Part shown: piece after piece, positions 27,559 to 42,596 of the stretch
Layout: each line of letters begins with the position of its first letter
Position numbering within the stretch: the stretch's first letter is position 1
NCBI GenBank assembly: GCA_964016885.1
Contig: OZ024747.1
Location: 40,920,001-40,984,000, forward strand
Direction of reading: 5' to 3'
DNA: 64,000 nt
Origin: Eledone cirrhosa
Lineage: Eukaryota
Program-made: the position numbers and the translations under genes
Notes under the pieces: generated by a model
The model's input: the letters and a program-made list of their open reading frames with translations, nothing else
What the model was told of the DNA's origin: nothing
Database searches by the model: none

Positions 27559-30500
27559 ATATATATGTGTGTGTGTGTGTGTATGTATGTATATATATGT
27601 ATAGAGAGAGGGGGGAGAGAATGAAAGATGGATCTTTCCATGTGTGTGTGCGTGTGAGTGTGATATCCTAATTCGTGTGGGTAAATAATAAACTCAATAT
27701 GCAGTTCTAATTGTTTATTCAGTCGAATATACACAACTAGGGCATGAAAATTCTCTTTATCCTGAAATCATTCAATTGAATTTCAATTCTCCAGTTGATC
27801 ACTGCCTGCCTTATAATTTCAAGATGATTACTGGTTCTCATGTTTACTAATCCACTTTCAGCCCAGGAAATACTTCTTTGTGCCAATATTTTTATTTTAT
27901 CTAGTATTATTACAAATATATGGAAGATTCCAGAATTTACAGTTTAGAATAATTTCATATTTGTTTCACATTGTATTATCGTGGGGATTGTGTTAGTATG
28001 GAAATTAAAACAACAGATGTATATCAAGTCAGGTTGAAAATGTGCACTGATGCTTAAATAGGATAAAGGTTTGTTAATTATTTCAGAATGATAAAATAAA
28101 GTAGCAGCGATCTCAAGTATTATTAGTTTCGAAGGACATAATCATGGAACAATGCCACATAAATCCTATAATTAAGGGGATATGTGGCATGTCCATCATT
28201 GTGTGCGATGCAAATCGACGGACGAAACGATCTAGTCGATTTAATCAATTATTAGAACCAATAACTTCGTAGTCTGGTGCTCATGTCAGAAATCGATAAT
28301 TTTAAGTATGAGAATTTATGCTAAATCATTTTAGCAGATCAATATATTCCAGATATGACGATGCAAATATTTTCGAGAAAAGCAAAACCGTTATACGATC
28401 TCAATCTTGTTCTCTTCCAATATGTGAATTACAAAATAACCAGTTATATAAATCACATTCAAATGAAATCTATCGCTTGACTTTTTGTAATAATTATGAT
28501 CCTCCGATAGGTGGCTAACATTATTGATTCCAGTGGAATAAGAAATATTTTTTTATATACGTCCATTTCTTTGCCAATACTTCACATAATGTACTTTACA
28601 GAATGTATGTATCTATAAACCCGTAACTCCTGATGGAGTCATAGGGGCTTCACATTAACATACAGAGTATCTAGACCATTTTTAAAACCTTGGCGGGGCC
28701 CATTTCCTCTCCAGGTCTGAATAGAACAGATTTCTTCTAGTGAAGTATCGAGAGTGTGGTAATGGAAGTGAGAAAGAGATATAGAGGAAGAATCGACCTC
28801 AGTACTAGACTGGTACTTTTTATATCGGCCTCAAATGGATAAATGGCAAATTTGACCTCGGTGGGATTTGAACTGAGAGAGCAGAGAGCTGGAACGTATA
28901 CTGCAAAGCGCTCTATCAGACGTTCTAGCCGCTCTGCCAATTCACCGCCTCTCTACACAAAATAGATAACTTAATTGATAATTCATTGTTAATGCAACAC
29001 GAATTCATGTCGGCGTTTAGCATTTCGTTGTGTTTCTGAGATGAACTCTTTATTCTACACTTCGTCAAGAATCCGTACCAGATTATCACGGATATATACA
29101 ACGACTGTCAAGAGTGTATTATTCGTCTCATTCCGCAATCAACGAATTCAAGTCCTGATCATAGCCAATGTCGAACGACTTGAACACAAATCTCCATTAT
29201 AGGTTAAACACATAATGTTGTTTTTTTTCTTTTTACGTATACAAGACATTCTCTTAAGACATCATAATTGTGAACTATATAATATTAATTTCAATAAGTG
29301 AGATAGGTCAACGATCTTAAATGATAATGTCATATAAGTGTAATATCTTCCACGTTTGATGTACTACTTTCACTTTAATACACGATTTAATGTAAAGTCT
29401 GAAAATTATTGATCAAAATCCCATTCATATGTAAAGAGAACTGTATTCATCTTTGCAGATAATGCCATTAAAAGCAAATATTTTCATAGCCTATGTGACT
29501 CTTAATGGTGCCACTAAACAACTTCAATTGTTATAGAAAAAAACGTTTGATAAAATATTTTTTTTAATAATCAATTAGATCTCTCATATTCATACAATGC
29601 CTTTACTGTCTGTTTCTTGAAAAGTCAAAAGTCAATATTCAATTGAATATATCCAGTCTAATTATGTGAATATTTTATTCAAATGAGAGGAATAGAAATA
29701 AAAGCAAACAACAATAGCATTTTGAAACCATAATATTGAAGCATTTTGCATAATAATCGCAACATAAAGATCTTGTTATTATGTTGGTCATCATCTCAAT
29801 ACTTGAGGAACATGACTAAATGTTTCGATCAAAGCTCGCCTGGAGTTAGGCAGTGGTAACATTAACGATAACAACACAAATGTCAGGCGATCTCATTTTC
29901 ATGCCTTTAATTCTAAAGGAAGATGATCAACACGATCCCAGACCTCATTCGCATACCGAGTGAGATGAACCTCGTCAAATCGGACCAAGGAAACAATGTC
30001 TCCATTGGTTTTTCCATTGCTGATACTATCTACCAGCCACAACACCTGGCAGAAAAAGCAACATGAAATAAAATATCTGGTTCAAGGACATAACGCATCA
30101 TCCAGTCCGGGAATCGAACTCACAACCTCACGATTGTGAATCCAACCACTAAGCCACGCGATGTTAAAGAATGTCTTCTGAATTTTGATAATCAACTATC
30201 TACTTACTTGTATTGTAAGGATTCTTCTGTTCTCCGCAGTTGGCAAATTAAGACACAGAGAACATTCAAGAAAAACATAGAATTAACCTGCAAAATATAC
30301 AACACCGTGTTAATCAGCAACATCTCTGATGGAAAAGATATTTCTGTACAAATATATAATATCCACATTCAACATTCGACAGTAGAGAAGAATATGTGTG
30401 TGTGTATGTGTGTGTGTGTGTGTGTCTGTGTGTGTGTATCTGTAAAAGACAACTTTTATAATTGTAACCTTATAAATATTTTTTTACATATGCCCTTTAT

Positions 30501-30584
30501 AAGTATAGTTGTGCTTGTGTGTATAAATATATATCTATGTGTATAAGTATATATTTATTTATATATAGCATCTGTGGTTGAGAT

Positions 30585-30780
30585 GAAGGCGCGTGGCTGA
30601 GTGGTTAGAGAATTGGATTCGCAATTGTGAGGTTGTGAGTTCGACCCCCGGACCAGGCGATGCGTTATGTCCTTGAGCAAGACACTTTATTTCACGTTGC
30701 TCCTTCAACCTTGAGTTGCGACCGATAGATAGTATTAGCAATTGGAAAGACCGATGAAAACATTGTTTCCTCGGTCCGAT
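30585..30780 (+). mobile_element. tRNA-derived SINE family 2 (also ~29970-30160 minus, 50719-50823, 50864-51065, ~61030-61280)
   Basis: A box tggctgagtgg, B box gagttcgaccccc, body gtccttgagcaagacact. Multiple homologous copies. Confidence 0.8.
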
Positions 30781-30969
30781 CTGTATGTGTGATTTTAGAT
30801 GTCTGTGTGTGGGTGTGTTTTCGTGTAGGCATATATGTATATTCCTGTGATAAACAGACGAAACTCCAGAGTAACAAGACTCACTTTTTAACCTTAATAA
30901 TATTGAATATTAAAAAAACTCGACTTTGATATTGAGTACACCTTTCTCTCAGCCGTCAACCACGTACGG

Positions 30970-31007
<38 letters not shown>

Positions 31008-31026
31008 GGGGAGAGAGAAATAGATT

Positions 31027-31388
31027 GTCGCCTAAAAAGTTCATAGGCTGATTGTGAAAGAGTGATGTTAGAGCCTGTGAAATTTTGCATGCATTATAGA
31101 GTTACATCCCTTTACGTTCTGAGTACAAATCCCGCTGAGGATGGCTTTGCCTTTCATCCTTACGGGGTCGATGAAATAAAGTACCAGTAATGCAATGGGG
31201 TTGATTTAATCGACTTTCCCCTCCCCCAAAATTGCTGGCCTTGTGCCAAAAGTAGAAATAATTATTTCCAACTTTTCTTATTTATAACCTCATTGTTTCT
31301 TTCAAGAGTCTATGTTGAAAAATAAATCTCATTTGGTCATTCCACAAGAGTATCTTTGGTCAGCCTATGAACTTTAAAGACCCTCGTA
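31027..31388. mobile_element. Decayed Tc1/mariner-type MITE containing a SINE-1 fragment
   Basis: Inverted termini aaagttcataggctga / tcagcctatgaacttt. The right end reads ccctcgta (TACGAGGG on minus, mariner-like). Confidence 0.5.
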
Positions 31389-32838
31389 TATAACTTTGAA
31401 AACATTTCAATATAATCCTGACATAGAGTGTTAATCATCAGTCCCGCAGCAAAAGCATAATTGAGAGTAAATTGTTTGTTTTTCTTTCGTTGCTTTGTTA
31501 TTCTTTTATGACTTTTTTCGCTTCGTTTATTTTTTACTAGGATACAATATAATATATAAATGATCTTATTTTTCTATTGTCTTGTTTAAGAATATTGCTA
31601 TTGATTATTTTCATGTTGCTTATGAAGTACAATAACATATATAATTGTCTCTTTAAACCCATTCATAATAATATTTGGTTAAATATCTTTCGTAAAATGT
31701 TCCCATTTATTTTAATTTCTGTTATATTTTTCTTAATAGTAATACAATAAATACATATAAATAACTATCAAGACTCCTCCCTTTTCCCAGATAACTATAC
31801 ATTATCATTGTTATTGCTTCATTAATTTTATACTCAGTGTATTACTTTAAGAAGTTATAATCATTTCAGAAGTTATTGATCGTCTAAATAGAATAATTTC
31901 AGAATGATTTCAAGAGTTTTATCTTATTTCCCCATAAAATATCTTGTAAATTAGAAATATAACAAAAATGTTAATGTGGTGCTCAAAAACCTCCCATGGG
32001 CACGTGAAACAGTGACTTTAGAAGATTATTAGTAAGGCCAAAATTATTCACTACCTCTTCTCTAAGACGTTTTGGAGGAAAGATTTCATAATGCACAGCT
32101 AGAACACAAAATGTCACATCAAGTGTATTTTCAATTGTTTTTAGTATTCTTGTACCACTTGGTTACAGGAGTATCGTAGTTTCATAATGATAGTCTTGTG
32201 GCTTCTTTAAGTTTTAAGATAATCCTAACTAAATTAATTATTGAGCCATGTCATTCGCCGGACCCTGATACATTTATCGACCCAGAAAGGTTGAACAGTG
32301 AAGTTGACCTTGACGTGATTTCACCTCAGAGGACATATACCAGAACCAAATACCGAGGCGTTTAATTCGCCATTCTAATAGCCTTAAGTTCTTTCCCCCT
32401 CCTCCTACAACTACTACCCTCTCTATCTCTCTCTCTCTCTCATACACACACTCGCACACACACATACACACTCACTCTCACCATCTCTCTCTCACTCTTT
32501 CACTCTCTCTCTCATACACACACTCACACACACACACACTCACTCTCGCTATCTCTCTCTCCCTCTTTCTCTTTCTCTCTCTCTCTCTCTCTCATAGACA
32601 CACACACACATACACACACACTCACTCTCACACACACACTCGCTCTCACCATCTCTCTCTCTCTTTCTCTCTTTCTCATAGACACACACACACACACTCA
32701 CTCTTACCATCTCACTCTCTCTCTCTCTCTCTCTATCTATCTCTCTCTCTTTTTCTCTCTTTCTCTTTATCTCTCTCTCATAGACACACACACACACACA
32801 CAAACTCACTCTCACACACACACACACACACACTCACT

Positions 32839-32875
<37 letters not shown>

Positions 32876-33354
32876 TCTCACACACACACTCACTCTCACC
32901 ATCACTCTCTAAATACTGTCTATTTTAGTTCCTTTCACCTTTGAACCCGGCAACTTGAGAACCGCAATACACAGCTAATGTTAAGCGCTGCTATGGAAAG
33001 ACTTGCAGATCGCGGGACTAGAAACAAAGAAGTATTTGTTTTGGAAAATATACCTTCTGATTGGATATGAACAATTTGCCTTCCATCATTCTTGCATCAA
33101 TTAAAGCAAAATCAGACATACACAGTAACGAATGATCTTCTGTCAACTAAAGTAACTGAATAAACTACGTTTATCTGTAAATAGAAATTAATTAATTGTT
33201 TCTACTTTTGGCACAAGGCCAGCAATTACCCAGTGCATTACTGGTACTTTATTTTATCGACCCCGTAAGGATGAAAGGCAAAGTTAATCTTCGTTATGGG
33301 GACTCTGCCCCCCACGACTCTCTCAGGAAGAAAAAGAAAAAATAATAATAATAA

Positions 33355-33385
<31 letters not shown>

Positions 33386-34227
33386 AAGAAGAAGAAGAAG
33401 AAGAAAAAATAAGAAGAAGAAGAAGAAGAAAAAATAAGAAGAAGCAGAAGAAGAAGAATCTTCGATATGTCTTAATGTTCAATGTGAAAGAAAAGTGATA
33501 ACATTCTACATTTTATCTTTAGATATCTCACTCTATGTCTGGGATGTATTAAAATGTATTTCATAAGCCACGACACAATTTACTAACCCACCCCCCTCCA
33601 CTCACACACTCTTAGATTCTTGACACCATGTGGTAAATGAACTTGTTGACCTCTTCTAGGATTCTCCTGTGGACCAATTGTTGCTGGCGCAAACTATTGA
33701 CAGTTTTAATGGATTTTGGATGTTACTTTAGAGATATTAGTCTATTCACATTATGAATACCACCAAGTGTTATGTTTTAAAATGATTGAATAGTTAGCTA
33801 CAGCTCTCTAAATAAATTAGATCTCATATAAACACAAACTTACATGAACAAAATCGTTCTGACCCAACCGACAAAATGTAATTGCAGAAACACCATATCT
33901 TGTCCATTTAACGACAACGTGTTCCTTTTCTTCTCGTGCTTATAAAGTAAAGATAATCACAGATGGTGGTTTGAAAGAAAACTATATTCACCTCACATAA
34001 AATCCATTCGTATATGCATATATATATATATATATATAACGAAGGAAATGTGGTAAGGAACCAAGTGGACCATAACGCATCAAAGTACTCAATACTTAGG
34101 GTAGTAGAGTGGGTAATAGGAACGAGTAGGATCCCGACGGCTGAGCTCAAGCCGTTTCGACGGCTAATTCTGGACTAGAATTAGCCGTCGAAACGGCTTG
34201 AGCTCAGCCGTCGGGGTCCTACTCGTT

Positions 34228-34293
<66 letters not shown>

Positions 34294-34586
34294 AAAATGT
34301 TTGACCCGACTACTAGTCCAGAAATAGTCGTCGAAACGGTTTGAGGTCTGCCGTCGGGGTCAAACATTCTCCTATTACCCACTCTACTACCCTCAGTATT
34401 GAGTACTCTGGTGCGTTATGGTCCATCTGGTTCCTTACCACACTTCCTTCGTTATATATATGCCTGTTGATTGACCGTTGGTCACTGGTCTCTGTCCACT
34501 GAGGCATTTTTGCCCATCGTTGTCTTTGACAGTATTTGGCTCTTTTAACGGCTGTCTTAGCGATAAGTTTTCTCATTTTTATATGA

Positions 34587-34670
<84 letters not shown>

Positions 34671-35417
34671 AGAAAGTGAACAAGAAAGAGAGAGAGAAAG
34701 AGTGTGTGAGAAATACATGTATCTAAATTGTTTATTTGCATGCATGTAATACTTGTCAGTATTGATTTGGAACACGTTGAAGCATTTCATATACATAATG
34801 AATAAATTTTAAAGAGAATAATTATCCGATTATTATTTACTTACACATAAAATAGTTATGACGGGAGTATAGAGGACAGCGTCATAGGCAGACAACTGGA
34901 CTGGCAACCAACAACTGAAAAAATTAATCAAAACAGCTTCTATAAAAGCAAATATATGTGGTAAAACCGCCATGATGCTTCAAGACAAGAAAATAGACGG
35001 CATTCAATATTTCAAATAAAAAATGGAAGTAAAATAAAGAATGAATTTTAAATATAAAATGAATATTTCCTGTTAATATTATTTAAATATAATTTCACAG
35101 TCAGCGATTACTATTGTTGAAATTATAAATAAATATAAATATATTTTGCTATTTCGCCCACGTTGTAATTGTTTTCGCCAGTCTTCTTTGTTTACAGTTC
35201 AATAATTTTGCTCTAAGTAAACAGACGACTCCTTATATTTCCAAATTACCCAATTTTGTTTCACATTTTCTTAATATGTGTTCGTACCAAAGTCTTGTGG
35301 CTTTTAAGGAGATATCAACTTTTGTCGTGTTGTAAAAACTCATCTTTTATATAGTACTTATATATATATATATATGTTGGTGTGAGCGTGTGTGTGTGTG
35401 TGTGTGTCTCTCTTTAT

Positions 35418-35528
<111 letters not shown>

Positions 35529-36260
35529 GTGAACGTGACGCTTGAAACTTATGTGTAATTGTGAATATCAACTAATAATATTTCTTTCGGTAACCATTAA
35601 CGTCTCAAATAGCTGCGTATCTTTAAAATTCAGGACATCTTTAAACATGACGCATCCATATTTTCTATTATTTTAAAAGGAAAAAAAGTTTGTGTATTTT
35701 GTACAACAATGAACATATTAATAATTTCAACAGAGAGTGCTAACCTTTTAGTTTCATCGAAATTTTATATTAGACACTTGAACACGAAATATTAAATATT
35801 GTGTAAAAAATATAGAAATATACAAGTATATAAAATATTACAAATGTATAGAAATAGAATATAAAGACAAATTTAAAAATACTGCGTATCTTACGAAAAA
35901 GTTGTGCGTTATGACATGTAGAGCTCTGTCTTGATTTAATTTCGATTACTTAATTTGCTTATTTCTTTACACGTACAATTTTGAGAAGACATGGACATCG
36001 CCATAACTCAATCGAAATAAATAGAAGCTATTATTAGCGACATAAGTTCCTTCACAGAAATACTCCAGCCACTGGCTCTCTGATGTAGTATCTTTATCTC
36101 TGCTTATTCTACCGCTAATAAATGGCATCTGCTCCACGGTTTTAGCTGACTTTGTGCTACTTCCACTCTTTTACACCCGATTCACTCATCTCCATTTCTC
36201 TTATCACTCATTAGTCCAATCCTCCAGGCCCAACAATTTTAGAGAATAAATAAGAATTCT

Positions 36261-37863
36261 TAAGTTAAAAATGTACATCCACATATGTATACTGAAATAC
36301 TAGTATGCATATGAATACACACACGTATACATATGTAGATGTACCGAATTTTTCACTGGTCACTTTACTGTGAGTGTCCAGCTATTCTGTATGTAAACAC
36401 ACAGACAAACCGGTTTTTAGAGTCATACTGGTTTTTGAGGAAACACCTTTCCTCTATTCTCCAGAAAGCCAGACAAGGAATATTGAACTAGTTTCGTTGT
36501 TGTTACAACTCATCAGCAATATTTACCTATCTTCCGGCCCTTCTAGAGAATCGTAAAAGCACATATCGTTATATGCTTTTTCTATGAAAATTAGGAGTGG
36601 GCAGACTAATTTGCATAGAGCGTGAGTACGTACCGGTTCAACGGAGACGATAAAAACAAATAACGAAACGAAATTAAATTTCGTTTCGTTTGTAACTCAC
36701 TTTTGTATGACTGACGCTTAAACAATTAAGTTAAAAATGTACATCCACATATGTATACTGAAATACTAGTATGCATATGAATACACACACGTATACATAT
36801 GTAGATGTACCGAGTTTTTCACTAGTCACTTTACTGTGAGTGTCCAGCTATTCTGTATGTAAACACACAGACAAACCGGTTTTTAGAGTCATACTGGTTT
36901 TTGAGGAAACACCTTTCCTCTATTCTCCAGAAAGCCAGACAAGGAATATTGAACTAGTTTCGCTCTATGCAAATTAGTCTGCCCACTACTAATTTTCATA
37001 GAAAAAGCATATAACGATATGTGCTTTTACGATTCTCTAGAAGGGCCGGAAGATAGGTAAATATTGCTGATGAGTTGTAACAACAACGAAACTAGTTCAA
37101 TATTCCTTGTCTGGCTTTCTGGAGAATAGAGGAAAGGTGTTTCCTCAAAAACCAATATGACTCTAAAAACCGGTTTGTCTGTGTGTTTACATACAGAATA
37201 GCTGGACACTCACAGTAAAGTGACCAGTGAAAAACTCGGTACATCTACATATGTATACGTGTGTGTATTCATATGCATACTAGTATTTCAGTATACATAT
37301 GTGGATGTACATTTTTAACTTAATTGTTTAAGCGTCAGTCATACAAAAGTGAGTTACAAACGAAACGAAATTTAATTTCGTTTCGTTATTTGTTTTTATC
37401 GTCTCCGTTGAACCGGTACGTACTCACGCTCTATGCAAATTAGTCTGCCCACTACTAATTTTCATAGAAAAAGCATATAACGATATGTGCTTTTACGATT
37501 CTCTAGAAGGGCCGGAAGATAGGTAAATATTGCTGATGAGTTGTAACAACAACGAAACTAGTTCAATATTCCTTGTCTGGCTTTCTGGAGAATAGAGGAA
37601 AGGTGTTTCCTCAAAAACCAGTATGACTCTAAAAACCGGTTTGTCTGTGTGTTTACATACAGAATAGCTGGACACTCACAGTAAAGTGACCAGTGAAAAA
37701 CTCGGTACATCTACATATGTATACGTGTGTGTATTCATATGCATACTAGTATTTCAGTATACATATGTGGATGTACATTTTTAACTTAATTGTTTAAGCG
37801 TCAGTCATACAAAAGTGAGTTACAAACGAAACGAAATTTAATTTCGTTTCGTTATTTGTTTTT
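36261..37863. mobile_element. HH-B multimer: 466-bp tandem units, ~1.5 on minus then ~1.9 on plus, with a 12-bp TSD
   Basis: Hammerheads at 36480-36522 (minus), 37061-37103 and 37527-37569 (plus; spacing 466). Inversion junction at ~36962. aataagaattct at 36249-36260 and 37864-37875. Confidence 0.9.
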
Positions 37864-38697
37864 AATAAGAATTCTAATATCGTAAAAGAGTATGTTCTCG
37901 TCACAAGAGAGGCTGACTGTTGATTGGCGAAAGGAGGTACAATGATATTTACTGGGTAGATGAAGGATATCTACCGTCTGTTCTATAGTTCATCATTATC
38001 ACTATCATCATTATCGCCGTCGTCATCATCATCACCATCATCATCATTATTCTCATCATCATCAACACCATCATCATCATCTGCTTGAGAGGTGGAAAGT
38101 GTATCCAAAGTTCTTTGGCGATTATGGCTAAGAACAAAGAGTAATATTTAAAATGTTAACATTTATCCCTCGAGTTTCTGTAAGGCTGGAATTACAGACA
38201 GTATCATATATTCAATGGTCATATTTTACAAATTTCCGTTAAGTGAAGTAATCCGTAACATGAGTTTCCGTAATTCAAGGGATGTCTGTATTCTGAATAG
38301 ATAACTATGTACGCACAGCAGAGCAAGCTGTTTGCATATTTTGCTATACAATAGTGATAGCAGTAGCTATTATTTTCCTTGCAATGATGTACAAGGCTTT
38401 TTCCTCCTGTATTAAAAAGAAGCGAGGCATATTTTTTTTTAATTTGCTAGCAGTATTATCTAAACTACTTTATTCTGTCGCTAGATTCGTGTTGTTAGGA
38501 TAGTATATCTTCATCATATCTACGCGTGATGAAGATAGAATACCTTAGTACTATAATAAAAATGAATCTATTGTCTTTATTCGATATTCAAGTTTTGGTT
38601 AATATAGATTTCTAATATGGGCACAGGGCCAGCAAATTTTAGCTGAATGGCAAATAGATTAAATCAACCCCAATATCTGACTGGTGTTTTATTTTAT

Positions 38698-38884
38698 CAG
38701 ACCTGCCAACCTCTAAAAACCCAAACGGGGAGTACCATGAAAAAAGGGGGCCCAAAACGGGAGAAATGAGGCAAAATGGGGAGATTTTACATAATAAAAG
38801 CTATACCCATTTTCACAAGACATCTCACCCACTTTGGTGTGGGTGAGAGATCTCCCCGTCAGACGGGGAGAGATGACAGGTCTG
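38698..38884. mobile_element. 187-bp MITE inserted into a minus-strand SINE-1 copy
   Basis: Imperfect TIRs CAGACCTGCCAAC / GATGACAGGTCTG. ttttat is duplicated on both sides. Internal hairpins present. Confidence 0.7.
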
Positions 38885-40097
38885 TTTTATTGTGAGATTT
38901 AAAGGAAAAGTTGTCCTGGGTGGGATTTGAAAAGCAGAATGTAAAGAATCAGAACAAATACCGCAATGGCGTTTTATCCGACGCTCTACCAATTCTGACA
39001 ATCCACCACCCACAATTTATGTTAAAAATAAAATGACTAACTGAGGGGGGGACTGACAGATTCGGTGGAGCGACGGACAACATACCTTCAATATTTACTT
39101 ATTTGCGCTTATGTTCTGATGTCAAATCTCATCTAAGTTTGAATTTTGCCTTTCATCCTATCGTGGTCAATAAAATAAAGTATAAAATTAATTTAACAGA
39201 TTGAATCTTCACCCTCCACTGTGTGGTCATGTGCAAATGTCACAAATCAATATTAAAGTGATTCAATAAATCACAAGCCTCTTCCTCGCCCATGGAAATC
39301 GATCGAACAAGAAATTTCGTTCACTGAGGCAAAATGTTTCTTTAGCTAAGTTTGGAGCAACAGTATTGATCTCCTACTTGATCTGTGAAGCTTGTCTTAA
39401 CATTTCTACAATACAGGGAAGAATGTAAATGAGAAGCAAGGAAAGTGGTAAACAATAAAAAAGATAAATATGAAATTAATTAATCCGATATTACAACATT
39501 TGGATCAGTTCCATGCTCACCATTTTATTTTTGGAAATATATACTATAGATTTTATGTATGATTCAGATCTAGAAAATAAGTAAAATCAATGTTTGTGCA
39601 ACGTTCTCTCACACACTTATTTCTAGAGGGGAGAAGTATCAAGACTTCAACGCAACTAAGATGAAGTAATTCAATACTGATAGCTGATTTTATTATGAAA
39701 CACTTTACGTTATAAGTCGTAAAGAAATTGTCTTATGAAGAGTATGGAAGACGAAATCATACAAAGTAAATTTCAATTGAAAACTGTAAAACTCCGACGT
39801 AATAACTATTAAACATATTTCCATTTACTTCTATTCTCGCCACCCCAATTCTTCAAACAAATCGTATTATTGATATATTATGGGTGCCTTATATATCAGA
39901 ATATCTGTGCTGAGATAGCAACACGATTAAGATGTTTCAAACATAACATATTAAATATGTATACAAAGGTCTTCACATAATATTGATTTCTTACACTGAC
40001 ATATTACAGGAATTGACCTTGCATGGCGTTAATAACAACTTTCTCCGGAATATTAATGACATAAATGGAATGAAATTGCAGAACAGTATGCGTCCAG

Positions 40098-40163
<66 letters not shown>

Positions 40164-40189
40164 GCCTTATCACATTTTAATTCTCTGCT

Positions 40190-40560
40190 CTTGACGAGAT
40201 TACATGTGGATATCGCTTGGTTGGAGAAGGTCACGGAAGAATGAAGGGGTGTATCATCTGTCATCTGCATAAGAGTGGGTGTTGTTGGGCGAATCCGCTA
40301 GAAGGCTATTTGTGTAGCTATTATGGAGAGAGGGGGGGTTGAAGATGTTCATTGGTGATGGCTATCTTAAAATTACCTTTATGATATGGAAATGTGGGCA
40401 GTAGAGTAAGATGATTGCGCCTCTTGAGAATGGGACAAACTGCAGCACGTTTCCACGGTACATAGTATATCTCCAAAGAGAAGGATAGATTGAAGTGCTT
40501 GGTGAGTATAGGGATAGGGACTATAAATATATTATTTGAGAGATGTGGAGGAGACCTCGG
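40190..40560 (-). pseudogene. Decayed CR1/Jockey-group LINE RT fragment
   Basis: Minus-strand remnants PILTKHFNLSFSL..WKRAAVCPILK and ..NTHSYADD. Confidence 0.6.
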
Positions 40561-41919
40561 GGCCGCTGGCCATGAAGGTTTGAAGTGACCAGAGGTACTA
40601 TCATACTTGGAGTTTGTATCTGTTGGATTGAGGAGATGTACAAAGTGTGAGCAGTGCAAAGTCGGATGCAAAATGGACCGTGAATTGAGGTAGGGGGTCT
40701 CTGTAGTAATATTTCTCAAAGACCCTTCAATGGGGAAAGATAATGCTAAAAAACTAATGGAGATCATTTCTGAAAGGAAACCAAAGGATCGACAACAGCT
40801 TCCGTAGACTATGTTCCATCTTTGACATAAGGCCGGCAAATTTGGAGTAAAGGCGAAGTCAATTAAATGTATCCCAGTAGGTAACTGCTACTTTATTTTA
40901 TCACCACAGTAGTGTGACATGCAAAAATTATCTTGCTGGGATTTGAACTCAGAATGTAAAGAGTTAGAACAAATACGGCAATAGCATCCAGCACTCTACC
41001 AATTCTGCCAACCAGAAAACTAGCAAACATGACATGTGCGTGTATTTCCATGTTAGTTTTGTTATGTTTATTTTCTCTTTTTTTTTTTTCTTTTCTTTTT
41101 ACAAATAACAGCAGTGTAATCTCTTAGTACTATAATTAGAACAAGAGAGAGGGGAAAGAAAGAGGAGAAATAGCGATAGGGAGAGAGTAAGATGAGGAAA
41201 GGGGGAAAAACAATACTAGAAGGAGAGAGAGGGGGGATAGTGCTAGAAGGAGAGAGGTGAAAACAAGGAGAGAAATAGCGATAGGGAAAAAGAAAGGGGA
41301 AGAGGCAGAGAGTTAGTGGGAGAGAAAAGGGAAACAGTGATAGAGAGAGGGAGGGGGTGGAAGAAAGACGAAGAAACAGTGATTGAGAGAAAAAGACAGA
41401 AAGAAGGGGAAACAGCACTAGAAAGACTGAGTAGGCACGTGACTGTCACTTGCTTTCAAAAACTCGGAAAGAAATCATTGTTTCGTTGATAGTTTCTGAG
41501 CTTCAGAATTAATCTTTATCTGTAAAGAGTACAAGAAATATCAGTACGACGTTCCGTATATACACATACAAACGTTTGCTCGCACATACACATGCATACA
41601 CGCACACAGACAAACACATACCACATACTCATATTTGCAGGTTTATGTGTCTGTGACTTATAGCTTAGTGGGAGCGGTTACTATATTATATATAAACTGC
41701 AAAGATTTATACAAAGTTTACAGGTTGCTGCTAGTTCATATATATTTATATGTATATATATCAATAATATTAATAAATGGAAACTATATTTATTAATATC
41801 ATTGATATTATACTCCAGAAAAATCTGTCGAATACTTCGAATCCGTTATAAATATATTTGTTGAATTACCAACAAATTAAATATAGCTATGCGAACACCG
41901 GGCCTCGGTGTTCGCATAG

Positions 41920-42185
41920 CTATGGCTTCCTAAAACCGTATTTCTTTCGAAATACGAAATGTCTATACATATTGTATAAAGCTATGCTTGAAGCGAAATC
42001 CTATTTCTTTTCTATTATAAGTTGAGCCAACTTATGCAGCTACATATGCAAATGAGATTAATCGCCTCATTTACACAGACGAGAAAACTATATATTCTCG
42101 GCTGTTTTCAAGTCCAGCAGTCGCAAGCGGTGGGAGGGACCTTCCTGACGATGGCCGGCTAAGCCTGAAATGCATAGACACATTC
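41920..42185 (+). mobile_element. Family HH-E copy with hammerhead motif at 42141-42180
   Basis: CTGACGA-TGGC cggctaa GCCT-GAAA-TGCA-TA with a weak stem I. Homologous to the tandem units at 45317-45900. Confidence 0.6.
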
Positions 42186-42537
42186 AAAATCAAGTTGCAG
42201 CCATCATCACACACATGTGTGTGTGTGATGATGGCTGCAACTTGATTTTGGGTAATGATATCGCTTGATACTTAGCCGTGAGCATCACTGACGTGGCGTT
42301 TTAGTCCTGCTAAGGACTTGCCTATGGCCAGCCATGTAATCCATCGCACAAAATGTCACATATCAAGCGCTGCTTGTGCTTGAAGCTTTTTTAAGTGAGG
42401 AAAGATTTTGCATGGGGCCAATCCCACTCTCTGAACACCAAAACCTAGAATTGGTCTTCATCATTGGATACAGGTTTTATATCAAAGTGATCTTCTCCTA
42501 GAGAGATGTCTTAATGAAGACTAGGAGTCTTTAGCTC

Positions 42538-42596
<59 letters not shown>

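Noticed and set aside
30585-30660. tRNA genes at SINE heads
   Set aside because: A and B boxes are present, but they run into shared SINE bodies and I could not build a complete cloverleaf.
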